Numbered from the stretch's first letter, positions 9,036 to 18,692 are shown. The stretch is DNA of 64,000 bases from Myxococcota bacterium (GCA_029243605.1 JAQWRT010000052.1:328-64327), one strand, 5' to 3'. The notes: a model not told the origin generated them from the sequence alone. Made by a program: numbers and translations.

Positions 9036-11722
9036 TCGTCGTCCCTCAAAACAGTTCTCCATCGCTCCAAGGCCGAAAGGGCCTCGAGAGGAGTGGTCGA
9101 ATCGGGATCAATATCCTGAATTTCCTCCAGGATGCGTTGCTGCCGAAGTTGGTCCTTGGCCTGGGGAATCTCCAGCCCCAGGGCCAGTTGTCCATGCCCC
9201 GCCCCCACCGCTACTCCTGCACGCAGATGCGGATCCTGGGATGCCTCGAGGTCGCGCAGAACTTCGTGGGCACGCTCGATCACGGCTCCGGGCAGCCCCG
9301 CCAAACGGGCGACCTGTATCCCGTAGGACCGGCTTGCTCCTCCCGCGACCAGACGACGGAGAAAAATCACCTCATCCTTCCATTCGCGCACCTCGAAGTG
9401 CGCGTTCGCGATATGCGAGTGGGTCGTCGCGAGTTCGGTCAACTCGTGGTAGTGGGTGGCAAAGAGTGTCCTGGCTTCGAGCCCAGGCGTATCGTGAAGG
9501 TATTCCGCCACCGCCCACGCAATGGACAAACCATCGAAGGTGCTCGTGCCACGGCCGATCTCATCGAGGATGATCAGACTGCGACGCGAGGCCAGACGGA
9601 GGATCTCTGCCGTCTCCCGCATCTCCACCATGAAGGTCGACTCGCCCCGAGAGAGACGGTCCGAGGCCCCCACACGAGTAAAGACCCGGTCAACAACGCC
9701 GATCCGCGCGGCCTCTGCCGGCACAAAACTACCGACTTGGGCCAGCAGCACGATCAGCGCCACCTGCCTGAGATAGGTGCTCTTACCCGACATGTTGGGC
9801 CCGGTTAGCAACAGAATGCGAGTTCCATCGCAAGCGAGGCTCGTATCGTTGGGCACGAAACCATCGGCGTTGCCTCGACGCAGCATCGCCTCCACCACAG
9901 GATGCCGGCCCGCCGTAATGCTGAGCGTTTCCCCATCGTCAACTTCGGGACGAACCCAGCCCTCGCGCCGCGCGATTTCGGCCAAGCTCGTCAAGGCATC
10001 GAGATCGGCAACCGCCTCGGCGGCTTCCCGTATCTCCCGGGCTGCAGCCACCACGGCCTCACGCAGAGAATCAAAGATCTCCCGCTCCAGAGAAGCCGCT
10101 CGCTCGTTGGCCCCCATGACCGTTGCTTCGACCTCGCGTAGCCCCTCGATAGTGAATCGTTCCACGCTGGCAAGAGTCTGCTTGCGCACGTAGTCGGCGG
10201 GGACCTTGTCCAACTGGGTTTTGGAAACTTCGAGGGAGTACCCGTGCACCGGGTGATAGCGGACCTTCAAGGTCGCAATCCCCGTCCGCTCTCGTTCGCT
10301 GGCCTCCAGCCCCGCGATCCAATCCCGCCCCTTGCTTGCCCCCTCGTGAATGGCATCCAGATCGCTGCGATACCCCATCCGGATATAACCCGTCTCGTTG
10401 GCCCCCCGAGACCCCCGAGCGATCACCGGCGGGTCATCCACCAACGACTTCTCGAGCAGCTCGCAGAGCTCCGGGATCGGCTTGGGCGCGACCACACCGG
10501 CGGGACAGGGGCTTGGCGTCTCGTCCGCCCGCCCGAAGAGAACCGAATCGTCGCCGGACACCGCCTGCTCCACATGGGGCAGAGCCTGGAGAGAAAGCCT
10601 CAGGGCACCGAGATCTCTGGGCACCGAAGTGGGGCGAGCCGCCTTGGCGAGAATGCGCTCAAGATCCCTCACTCCCGCTAGGGCGTCGCCTAGGCGCTGG
10701 CGTTGAAGGTCGCTGGAGGCCAACCACGCCACCCCATTCTGGCGCGCCCAGATCGTTTCGGGGCTCTTCAGGGGATACCCAACCCAACGCGCCAGTCGGC
10801 GTGCACCCAGGGGCGTGCGGGTCCGGTCCAGGGTCGCCACCAGGCTCCCCCGGCGGCCGCCGTCTTCGTTGTTCTTGAAGAGTTCGAGGTGCTCGCGGGT
10901 GGAGGCATCCAGGGTCACCGTATCCCCGAGCTCGTATTCCCTGAGCCTCGGCGCATGCCCCAGGGCGAAAGGTTGATTCTCACCGAGATAGGTGAGCAAA
11001 GCCGCCGCAGCCCGCTTTACACCGTCATTCGAAGATTCCTCGAAACCCTCGGGTGTCACGGGCACCGTGTCGGGCGAAAAGAACTTTTCAGGGATGGCCG
11101 TGACCACGCAGCCCGGCACCTCTTTTTCGAGTCGCGAGACGAACTCGTCCCGGTCGCCCTCGGCCACCAAGAGCTCCCGCGGTCCCACACGCTGCAATTC
11201 CTCTAGAAGCAGGTGGGGCAACAGCTCGGGTCCCTCAATCACCGACGTGGCGCGAAAATCGCCCGTCGATGCATCCAATGCTGCCAGGGCGGCACAGCGC
11301 CCCTCGGATCCCAGGGACAGAGCGACGAGGGAAACCTCTTCACTCCCCTCGATCCCACTCGGGTCACCCACCAAGCCCGGCGTCACCACTTCGACCACGG
11401 CCCGCTTGACCAGACGCTTTCCGCTGAGCTGCTTGGGGTCTTCGACCTGCTCGCAGATGGCCACCCGGTGCCCCAACTCGGCCAGCTGCTTGATATATTG
11501 CTCGGCGCTATGCACAGGGATCCCGCACATGGGGACGGCATCGTCCTTCCCCTTATCCCGGGTGGTCAGCGCGATATCCAAGAGAGGCGCGGCGAATTCA
11601 GCGTCCTCGAGAAACATCTCGTAGAAGTCACCCATACGATAAAAAACGATCGCATCGGGATGGTCGGCTTTGATTCCGAGGAATTGCCGCATCATCGGCG
11701 TATCGAGGGCCGACCCCTTCAC
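9032..11722 (-). CDS. mutS: DNA mismatch repair protein MutS
   Basis: TPMMRQFLGIKADHPDAIVFYRMGDFYEMF, Walker A GPNMSGKST and STFMVEM. I chose the GTG at 11722, 8 codons before TPMMRQ. The longest ORF reaches 11845. Confidence 0.9.
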   Translation of the reverse strand: MKGSALDTPMMRQFLGIKADHPDAIVFYRMGDFYEMFLEDAEFAAPLLDIALTTRDKGKDDAVPMCGIPVHSAEQYIKQLAELGHRVAICEQVEDPKQLSGKRLVKRAVVEVVTPGLVGDPSGIEGSEEVSLVALSLGSEGRCAALAALDASTGDFRATSVIEGPELLPHLLLEELQRVGPRELLVAEGDRDEFVSRLEKEVPGCVVTAIPEKFFSPDTVPVTPEGFEESSNDGVKRAAAALLTYLGENQPFALGHAPRLREYELGDTVTLDASTREHLELFKNNEDGGRRGSLVATLDRTRTPLGARRLARWVGYPLKSPETIWARQNGVAWLASSDLQRQRLGDALAGVRDLERILAKAARPTSVPRDLGALRLSLQALPHVEQAVSGDDSVLFGRADETPSPCPAGVVAPKPIPELCELLEKSLVDDPPVIARGSRGANETGYIRMGYRSDLDAIHEGASKGRDWIAGLEASERERTGIATLKVRYHPVHGYSLEVSKTQLDKVPADYVRKQTLASVERFTIEGLREVEATVMGANERAASLEREIFDSLREAVVAAAREIREAAEAVADLDALTSLAEIARREGWVRPEVDDGETLSITAGRHPVVEAMLRRGNADGFVPNDTSLACDGTRILLLTGPNMSGKSTYLRQVALIVLLAQVGSFVPAEAARIGVVDRVFTRVGASDRLSRGESTFMVEMRETAEILRLASRRSLIILDEIGRGTSTFDGLSIAWAVAEYLHDTPGLEARTLFATHYHELTELATTHSHIANAHFEVREWKDEVIFLRRLVAGGASRSYGIQVARLAGLPGAVIERAHEVLRDLEASQDPHLRAGVAVGAGHGQLALGLEIPQAKDQLRQQRILEEIQDIDPDSTTPLEALSALERWRTVLRDDE

Positions 11723-11917
11723 CCGGCGAGCCCTCCCAACCCTCGGGGCTCTACGCCCTGGCCGGGAGCGAACGATAGCCACGGCGTCCAGCTCCCCCTT
11801 CCAGGAGAGTGGCCAAGCCCTGACTGCCCGTCTTTCTGATTGCACCCGCGCACTACTACTCCCAGCTCGAACGCACTTTCCGAAGTGTCCAGCTCCGAAG
11901 ACCCCGCTGCCCTCGGG

Positions 11918-12238
11918 TCAACTCTTTTCGATCCCCTCGGCTTCGTCGCCTTCCTCGGGGCGAAGCCCGGCCAACTCCTTCTCCAGCAGGCGGATCGCCT
12001 TCCTATAGCGACGCCCCTCCAACCGGGCACGCATCAGGGAAAGAGTCATCGGAAAAAACACAACGACGACTCCCAATGCGCCAGCGACCACTGGAACCTG
12101 CCACAAGGGCACCCCAGGCAACTGCCCTGCCAGGTAGTCGATCTCCACAGGCTGCTGATTCTGGCCGGCAAACTGCCAACCGCCGACCAAGAGCCCCACG
12201 AAGAGGCCAATCACAAAGAGACGGCGGAGCCACCTCAT
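11918..12238 (-). CDS. lapA: LapA (YciS)-like inner-membrane protein (DUF1049 type)
   Basis: Two TM helices and AGQNQQPVEIDYLAG, compared with E. coli GAQNDQQVTFNYL, plus a basic coiled C-tail. It sits downstream of ihfB as in many proteobacteria. The start is uncertain (12238 or 12271). Confidence 0.6.
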   Translation of the reverse strand: MRWLRRLFVIGLFVGLLVGGWQFAGQNQQPVEIDYLAGQLPGVPLWQVPVVAGALGVVVVFFPMTLSLMRARLEGRRYRKAIRLLEKELAGLRPEEGDEAEGIEKS

Positions 12239-12299
12239 CCAGCACCCCCCGCTCGCCCAACGGGCGCGCAATGCTGCCTATCCCCAGAGCGATGCTCGA

Positions 12300-12617
12300 T
12301 CAAGCCTGGGAGTCCGCTGCGGACTCCACGGCGTCCGGAGAATCATCGACCTTCTCCTTCAATTCCTTGCCCACTTTAAAGAAGGGGGTCCGCTTGGCGC
12401 TGATGTGAACGGGTTCGCCCGTCTTCGGGTTACGCCCTTCCCGAGCCTCCCTGATTTTCACCTGAAAGCTGCCAAAACCCCGGATTTCGATCCGCTCCCC
12501 TTCGCGCAGAGCATCGATCATCGAATCAAAGATCGTGTTGACCACGACCTCCATATCCTTCTTCGAAATATGGGGTGTCCGCTTGGCGACTTCCTCGATC
12601 AACCCACTCTTAGTCAT
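12300..12617 (-). CDS. ihfB: integration host factor subunit beta
   Basis: MTKSGLIEEV...GERIEIRGFGSF...GRNPKTGE aligns along its whole length with E. coli IhfB. Confidence 0.9.
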   Translation of the reverse strand: MTKSGLIEEVAKRTPHISKKDMEVVVNTIFDSMIDALREGERIEIRGFGSFQVKIREAREGRNPKTGEPVHISAKRTPFFKVGKELKEKVDDSPDAVESAADSQA

Positions 12618-12695
12618 CTTTTTGACCCCGACCTATTGGGAACTCCTCTGCAGAAGTTCCGAGTCCGACTCCACATCAACGGTAGATCCGAAGGC

Positions 12696-12729
12696 CAGCC
12701 GCGAAGAGAATCACTCCCCCTCGCGGCTG
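12696..12729 (-). other. 9-bp GC-rich stem-loop just after the rpsA stop (no U-tract)
   Basis: cagccgcga (12696-12704) pairs with tcgcggctg (12721-12729) across a 16-nt loop. Confidence 0.35.
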
Positions 12730-12740
12730 ACCCCCGACAT

Positions 12741-14444
12741 CTAGTCTTCTGACTTCTTGCCGAGCTTCTCTGCGAGAAGGTCGCCAAGGGTCGTCGTTTG
12801 CGTCTGAGATTCTTGTTCGGCGAGTTCCTTGAGAGCGCGCCGCTCTTCTTTGTCCGTCAGAGCACGAATCGAGAGAGAAACCTTCTGCTCATCCGGCTCG
12901 ACCTTGACGACCAGAGCGGTCACCTCCTGGCCAGGCTGGAAGTGCTCAGAGGGATTCTCAATTCTCTCTGCTGCCAGTTCAGAGCTGTAGACCAGACCAT
13001 CGATCCCATCCTCCAACCTGACGAAGACACCAAAGTCCGTGACACTCGTGACCGGCCCAGTAACCTCGCTGCCGATTCCGAATTTCTTGCTGATGCCATC
13101 CCACGGGTTCGGTTCGAGTTGCTTGATCCCAAGCGAGAATTTCTCATTCTCCTTGTCGATCTTGAGCACGACGGCATTCACCTCATCGCCCTTTTCGAAT
13201 TTCTCGCTGGGATGCTTGATCTGCTCAGTCCAGGAGATATCCGAAACGTGCACGAGACCGTCGATGCCCTCATCGAGCCCAATGAACACACCAAAATTGG
13301 TGATATTCCGAACCGTACCGCTGACGTTGGTGCCCACCGGATACTGTTCCTCAATGAGAGTCCAAGGATTCTCTTCGGTCTGCTTCATACCCAATGAAAT
13401 CTTCCGATTCTGCTCATCTACATCGAGCACCACGGCTTCGACTTCATCTCCGGTAGAAACGACCTTGGAGGGATGCTTGATCCGCTTGGTCCACGACATC
13501 TCCGAAACGTGCACAAGACCTTCGATGCCCGCCTCGAGTTCGATGAACGCACCGTAATCCGTCAACGACACGACCCTGCCCTGAAGCCTCTTGCCCAGAG
13601 GATATCGGAGCGCCGCATCCACCCACGGATCTGGCTGGATCTGCTTGAGCCCGAGAGAAACACGTTCGCTCTCAGGATCGAATTTCAGGATCTTGACCTT
13701 AATCTCATCCCCAACATTGAACAGTTCGCTGGGGTGATTGATCCGCCCCCAGGACATGTCCGTGATGTGGAGCAGGCCGTCGATCCCACCGAGATCAATA
13801 AACGCACCGTAATCGGTGAGATTCTTGATCACGCCATCCAGAATCTGGTCGGTCGAAAGCGTAGCGAGAGTCGTCTCACGCATCTGCTTGCGTTCGGTCT
13901 CGAGCAGTGCACGTCGGGAGAGAACGATATTGCCCCGTCGCTTGTTGAACTTGATGATTCGGAACTGAGCCCGATCACCGATCATTCCGTCGAGATTCCT
14001 CACCGGGCGAAGGTCGACCTGAGATCCAGGAAGGAACGCCTTGACGCCAATGTCCACCGAGAGTCCGCCCTTGACTCGGGCGACGATCATGCCCTCCACG
14101 GATTCTTCACGCTCGTAGGCCTGGCTGATTTCGTCCCAAACCTTGAGTCGCTCGGCCTTCTCTTTCGAAAGCACGACGCGGCCATCTTCATCCTCAGCAT
14201 CTTCGACGAGGACTTCGACATCGTCGCCCACGCCGACGAGCATGCTGCCGTCCTCGTCCATGAATTCCCACGCGGCAATCATGCCTTCGGACTTAAACCC
14301 GACGTCCACCGTCACGTAGTCATCGTCGATGGCGAGAACCTTGCCTTTGGCAAGCTCACCTTCCTTGACGGACTCGGGGCCTTTGGTAAAAAGCTCGGCG
14401 AAGGACATCTCCTCCGAGGCTGTAGTCGTATTCGGTTCACTCAT
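12741..14444 (-). CDS. rpsA: 30S ribosomal protein S1
   Basis: Six S1 repeats, and SFAELF...GELAKGKVLAIDDDYVTVDVGFKSEG parallels the E. coli S1 N-terminus. I chose the ATG at 14444 (AAGGAG 15 nt upstream). ATG 14408 is an alternative, and the upstream ORF extension to 14621 is spurious. Confidence 0.93.
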   Translation of the reverse strand: MSEPNTTTASEEMSFAELFTKGPESVKEGELAKGKVLAIDDDYVTVDVGFKSEGMIAAWEFMDEDGSMLVGVGDDVEVLVEDAEDEDGRVVLSKEKAERLKVWDEISQAYEREESVEGMIVARVKGGLSVDIGVKAFLPGSQVDLRPVRNLDGMIGDRAQFRIIKFNKRRGNIVLSRRALLETERKQMRETTLATLSTDQILDGVIKNLTDYGAFIDLGGIDGLLHITDMSWGRINHPSELFNVGDEIKVKILKFDPESERVSLGLKQIQPDPWVDAALRYPLGKRLQGRVVSLTDYGAFIELEAGIEGLVHVSEMSWTKRIKHPSKVVSTGDEVEAVVLDVDEQNRKISLGMKQTEENPWTLIEEQYPVGTNVSGTVRNITNFGVFIGLDEGIDGLVHVSDISWTEQIKHPSEKFEKGDEVNAVVLKIDKENEKFSLGIKQLEPNPWDGISKKFGIGSEVTGPVTSVTDFGVFVRLEDGIDGLVYSSELAAERIENPSEHFQPGQEVTALVVKVEPDEQKVSLSIRALTDKEERRALKELAEQESQTQTTTLGDLLAEKLGKKSED

Positions 14445-15411
14445 TGGTTGTTTTTGTAACTCCTTGGGTGGCCGATTTCGGATCGGCCTGAATTTCCGGG
14501 TTTTCGCCCCCAGATCGGACGTCCTCACACGGGTCGGTTTTCGCCTGGGCGGACACATTACGCATCCCATCCTCAAGCGAACTCCGAGCCTGTGCCAGAA
14601 ATGCTTCCTGGTTCTCCACATCGCCCTCTTCCACGCTCCGGGCCAGGGTCTCCAGGGATTGTGCGAAGGCCCGCAACGGCGACGCCAGGGCCTTTCGATT
14701 CGAGTTCAGGATCTCTGCCCACAAGGAAGGGTCACTTCGGGCAATCCGAACAAAATCCCTAAACCCACTGCCGGCCAACTCGGTGGCCGTCGAGGGGGCT
14801 TCCCCAAGGCTGTGGGCAAAAGCAAAAGCCAGGGCGTGGGGGGCATGGCTGACCCAAGCGACCTCAACATCGTGTTCGCCGGGATCCCTAAGCACCACAT
14901 CGCACCCCAGGGCGCGCCAAAAGCCAGACACCGCAGCCACCGCGTCATCCGGGGTCGATCGCACGGGCGAAATCACGCAGCGAGACCCTTCAAAAAGATC
15001 AGCACTGGCGAATTCGACGCCGCACTCGTGGCTCCCCGCCATGGGATGCGCGCCGATATAGTGAACTCCGGCCGGCAATTGGCCGGGCAAACGATCGGCC
15101 AGAATCCCTTTCACGCTGCCCACGTCGGTGACTAACGCGTCGGGGGAGAGGTAGGGGGCGGCCTCGGCGAGCAGAGGCTCCATAGCGCCCACGGGCGTCG
15201 CCAGCACGATCAGGTCGGCGCCAGAAACCGCGGTCTCCAAATCGGCGACCTCATCGATCAAACCCGAGGCCAATGCCCATTCCAGGGGGCCGCGACGCCG
15301 GGCATAGCCCACCGCACTGCGCACCACGCCCCGCTGCCGGGCGGCGGCGGCCACCGACCCTCCCAGAAGCCCGAGGCCCAGAATCGCCATGCGTTCGAAG
15401 ACGCGACTCAT
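14437..15411 (-). CDS. tyrA: prephenate (or arogenate) dehydrogenase
   Basis: Rossmann MAILGLGLLGGS and HPMAG motifs. The ~45-aa low-complexity C-tail runs into the rpsA start. Confidence 0.85.
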   Translation of the reverse strand: MSRVFERMAILGLGLLGGSVAAAARQRGVVRSAVGYARRRGPLEWALASGLIDEVADLETAVSGADLIVLATPVGAMEPLLAEAAPYLSPDALVTDVGSVKGILADRLPGQLPAGVHYIGAHPMAGSHECGVEFASADLFEGSRCVISPVRSTPDDAVAAVSGFWRALGCDVVLRDPGEHDVEVAWVSHAPHALAFAFAHSLGEAPSTATELAGSGFRDFVRIARSDPSLWAEILNSNRKALASPLRAFAQSLETLARSVEEGDVENQEAFLAQARSSLEDGMRNVSAQAKTDPCEDVRSGGENPEIQADPKSATQGVTKTTNE

Positions 15412-16526
15412 TCGCGGCCTCCGCCGTGCTGCTGGCCCGCCTGCTCGATTTCCTGAAGAGCCTTGACGAGGATTTCGTTCTCCTCCGGTGTCCCCACCGA
15501 GATACGAATATGATTCTCCAGGCCAAAGCCGGCCAAGGGCCGCACGATCACCCCTCGTCGAAGCAATGCGTCGTAGTAGCCCGGGCCGGTTTCGGCCAGC
15601 AGGAAATTGGCATCACTCGGCCACACGCGGTAACCGAGGGCCTCGAGCTCACCGGTCAGGAAATCGATCCCCGAGCGATTCATCGCATGTGTACGCCTCG
15701 CGTGTTCGTCGTCGTCACAGGCGGCCAGCGCAGCCGCTTCCGCCAGGCTGTTCACGTTGAAGGGATGCCGAGCGCGATCGAGAAAGCCGACGAGTTCCGG
15801 GCTCGAAATGCCGTAGCCCACCCGAAGCCCGGCCAGACCATAAATCTTCGAAAAGGTCCTGAGCGCTAGGGTCCCGGGCCGATCGGCGATCAGGGCCACG
15901 GTGTCGGGAAAATCCTCCCGGGCCACGAATTCGTAGTAGGCCTCGTCGATGACGAGAATCACATCGTCGGGGATACCCGAGACGAAATCCGCCAACTCAC
16001 CCGCTCCAAAGCTCGTGCCCGTGGGGTTGTTGGGGTTGCAGAGGAAAACCATCTTGGCCCCAACGGCCACCTCCCGCGTAAGGGCTGGGAAATCATGCTG
16101 CATATCCGCCGTCAAAGGCACCCGAACGGGCTCTGCTCCCATGCCCTGGGCAACCAAGGGATACATGGCAAAAGACGGCCAGGGCATGATCACCCGGTCA
16201 CCCGTCAACAAAAAGGTTTTGGCCAGGAGTTCGAGGATCTCGTCCCCTCCCGATCCAAAAATCAGATGGTTGCCGGGGATCTGCAGTTTTTCCGCCAGCC
16301 GGGCACGCAAGGCGAAACAAGCTCCATCGGGGTAGCGATTAACCGCCTTCGCCGCGGCGTTCATCGCCTGGAGGGCTCGGGGCGAGGGACCGAGGGGGTT
16401 CTCGTTGGAAGCGAGCTTAATCGAGCCCGAGATTCCCAACTCGCGCTCGACCTCCTCGATGGGCTTGCCCGGCTCGTAGGGACGCAAATTTCGGATGTGC
16501 GGGTTCACCCGATCCTCGATACTCAT
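15408..16526 (-). CDS. hisC: histidinol-phosphate / aromatic aminotransferase
   Basis: LASNENPLGPSP, NPNNPTG and the FSKIYGLAGLRVGY PLP-lysine motif. It has 4-nt overlaps with pheA and tyrA. Confidence 0.9.
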   Translation of the reverse strand: MSIEDRVNPHIRNLRPYEPGKPIEEVERELGISGSIKLASNENPLGPSPRALQAMNAAAKAVNRYPDGACFALRARLAEKLQIPGNHLIFGSGGDEILELLAKTFLLTGDRVIMPWPSFAMYPLVAQGMGAEPVRVPLTADMQHDFPALTREVAVGAKMVFLCNPNNPTGTSFGAGELADFVSGIPDDVILVIDEAYYEFVAREDFPDTVALIADRPGTLALRTFSKIYGLAGLRVGYGISSPELVGFLDRARHPFNVNSLAEAAALAACDDDEHARRTHAMNRSGIDFLTGELEALGYRVWPSDANFLLAETGPGYYDALLRRGVIVRPLAGFGLENHIRISVGTPEENEILVKALQEIEQAGQQHGGGRE

Positions 16527-17686
16527 GACCCAGCCCCCCCGCCGACCTGGGTCTGGTGGGGTTCACTCGCCCGGGGGTAGGACCCCAGAATCTTGTAGGA
16601 GTGGGCGTACTCAGCCGCCTCGGCAAGGGCCTCGGCAACTTCCGCCTGAGCCTGATGGCCTTCCATATCGATAAAGAAGACGTATTCCCAGGGCTTGCCC
16701 TTCATGGGGCGGGATTGCACGGCCGCCAGGTTCACCCCGTGTTTGGCGAAGGGTTGGAGGAGCGTATAGAGCGCCCCTGCCCGATCACGCCTCACCGTGA
16801 ACGCCGCAGAAGTCATATCGTTGCCGCTGGCTTGCGGAGTTTCCTTACCCACGACCACAAAGCGGGTCGTATTCCCCCGTCGATCTTCGATCCCTCGGGC
16901 GACGAAGCGCAGGCCGTAGACATCCGCTGCCACAGCGCTCCCGATGGCGGCCACCGAGCCATCCTCCCCCGCCAATTGAGCCGCTGCCGCCGTACTCGGA
17001 GTGTCGCGCACCTCGGTCGCGGGCAATTTGGAAGTCAGCCAGTCGCGACACTGGGCGACCGCCTGGGGGATCGAAGCAACCACTCGAATATCCTCGAGGG
17101 CACCACTTTGCGAGAGCAGGTTCTGGCAGACCTCCACCATCAGCTCTCCGCAGATGACGACCTCGCTCTCCATCAGGGCGTCCATGGTCGGGTTGATCGC
17201 CCCGTCGATACTATTCTCCACCGGGATGACGCCGAAATGAGCCTCACCCCCCTCGGCCGCGCTGACCACGTCGCGCATATGACGAACTGGAAGCAGGTCG
17301 ACCTGAGAGCCAAATTGGGCCAACGCCGCCTGATGGCTGAAGGTGCCTTCGGGCCCGAGGTAGGAGACCTTCACCCTCTCCTCGAGGGAGCGCGTGGCCG
17401 AGATAATCTCGCGAAAAACATGGGGGATGCCGGCATCCGGAAAGGGCCCGGGATTGCTCTCCGAGAGCACGGCCACGAGATCCCTTTCCCGACTGGCAAC
17501 GTAGACAGGACTTCGGCGACCGCCGGCCTTGACCCGTCCCACCTCGCGTACGAGTTCGGCGCGTCGGTTCAACTGGGCGAGGATCTCCTGATCCACCGTG
17601 TCGATGGAACCGCGCAGGCGCGACAACTCCCGAGCGATATCGTCCGCATCGGCGTGTTCGATCGTCTTTGCTTTGCCTTCAGGCAT
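16523..17686 (-). CDS. pheA: bifunctional chorismate mutase / prephenate dehydratase (P-protein)
   Basis: CM helix LRGSIDTVDQEILAQLNRRAELV, PDT core SYLGPEGTFSHQAA and NTTRFVVVG, and a C-terminal ACT domain. I chose the ATG at 17686 (GGGGA SD). The ORF extends to 17791. Confidence 0.9.
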   Translation of the reverse strand: MPEGKAKTIEHADADDIARELSRLRGSIDTVDQEILAQLNRRAELVREVGRVKAGGRRSPVYVASRERDLVAVLSESNPGPFPDAGIPHVFREIISATRSLEERVKVSYLGPEGTFSHQAALAQFGSQVDLLPVRHMRDVVSAAEGGEAHFGVIPVENSIDGAINPTMDALMESEVVICGELMVEVCQNLLSQSGALEDIRVVASIPQAVAQCRDWLTSKLPATEVRDTPSTAAAAQLAGEDGSVAAIGSAVAADVYGLRFVARGIEDRRGNTTRFVVVGKETPQASGNDMTSAAFTVRRDRAGALYTLLQPFAKHGVNLAAVQSRPMKGKPWEYVFFIDMEGHQAQAEVAEALAEAAEYAHSYKILGSYPRASEPHQTQVGGGAGS

Positions 17687-18047
17687 TGGTCCCCGAAATG
17701 GATACGCCGAGCGCGTGAAGCGCCAGCGGATCCCTGCGTCAGGGAGACTCGCGTCCCCCGCGTGCGACCGGGGCGAGCCGACCGGACACACCCGGCGGTC
17801 ACCTCCCCGAAAAAGCGGCTAACCCCTTGAATTTCGGTCGCAATATATCCGAGCGGGGGTCGTCTCGCAAACCTCTACAAGGGATTTTACCTTCCGGGTC
17901 GCGGGGTTATGGGGCAAAGGGGCGCCACGCGGCCCTGGGGAGTGCCTAAACGAGCGCTCTCGCCCCCCCCTGGGGCCTCGGAGTGCCTCGGGAGCACCGT
18001 TCTCCGCGCCTTCCCGCCCCCTGCGCGACCTGGCCTATGGTCTTCCC

Positions 18048-18671
18048 ATGGGTAAAGTAGTCGCGCTCTCGGGGGGAATTGGTTCGGGCAAGAGCACCGT
18101 GCGGGCGATGCTCGAGAAGCTCGGGGCCACCACGGTCTGCGCCGATGCCATCGTCCATGCCCTGCAGGCCCCCGGGACAGAAATTCTCGACACCATCGTC
18201 GAGGCCTTTGGGCCCGGGGTCATCGACTCGGCCGGGCACCTCGACCGCGCCGCCCTAGGCGAGATCGTCTTTCGCGACCCCGAAGCTCGGGCGCGACTCG
18301 GCGCGATCATGCACCCCCCGGTGATCGCCGAGATGCTGCGCCAATCCGAGGTCGGCATTCAGCAGGGGGCTCCCCTGGTTGTGCTGGATATTCCGCTCTA
18401 TTTTGAAGGCCAACGGAACGGCACGGGAAGCGCCGTCGCCCGGGACTACGACGCTTCGATCCTCGTCTGGGTGCCGGCGGAAGTACAGATCCTTCGGACC
18501 GTCGAACGCGACGCCTGCGAGCAAGCCGAGGCCCAACGACGTGTCGCCGCCCAGATGCCCATCGACGAAAAGAAGGATTACGCCACTCACGTCGTGGACA
18601 ACTCGGGCGAATTGACGGAAACCCAGAAACAGGTCGACGCCCTCTACCAAAGGCTCACCCAGGCATCCTGA
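18048..18671 (+). CDS. coaE: dephospho-CoA kinase
   Basis: The P-loop VVALSGGIGSGKSTV and the overall length are typical of CoaE. Confidence 0.9.
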   Translation: MGKVVALSGGIGSGKSTVRAMLEKLGATTVCADAIVHALQAPGTEILDTIVEAFGPGVIDSAGHLDRAALGEIVFRDPEARARLGAIMHPPVIAEMLRQSEVGIQQGAPLVVLDIPLYFEGQRNGTGSAVARDYDASILVWVPAEVQILRTVERDACEQAEAQRRVAAQMPIDEKKDYATHVVDNSGELTETQKQVDALYQRLTQAS

Positions 18672-18692
18672 ACCGGGGCGGCGGGGCCGAAT

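Noticed and set aside
14445-14621. In-frame N-terminal extensions of the longest ORFs: rpsA, and likewise trpG 23509-23712, queG 30126-30608, dtd 27560-27679, scpA 2597-2797, the ECH gene 40280-40873, APH 53021-53389, MBL 55317-55604, PhyH 59317-59487 and IUNH 60147-60443.
   Set aside because: The extensions overlap the upstream gene or are Arg/Pro-rich. Homologous N-termini and SD sequences point to the internal starts I used.
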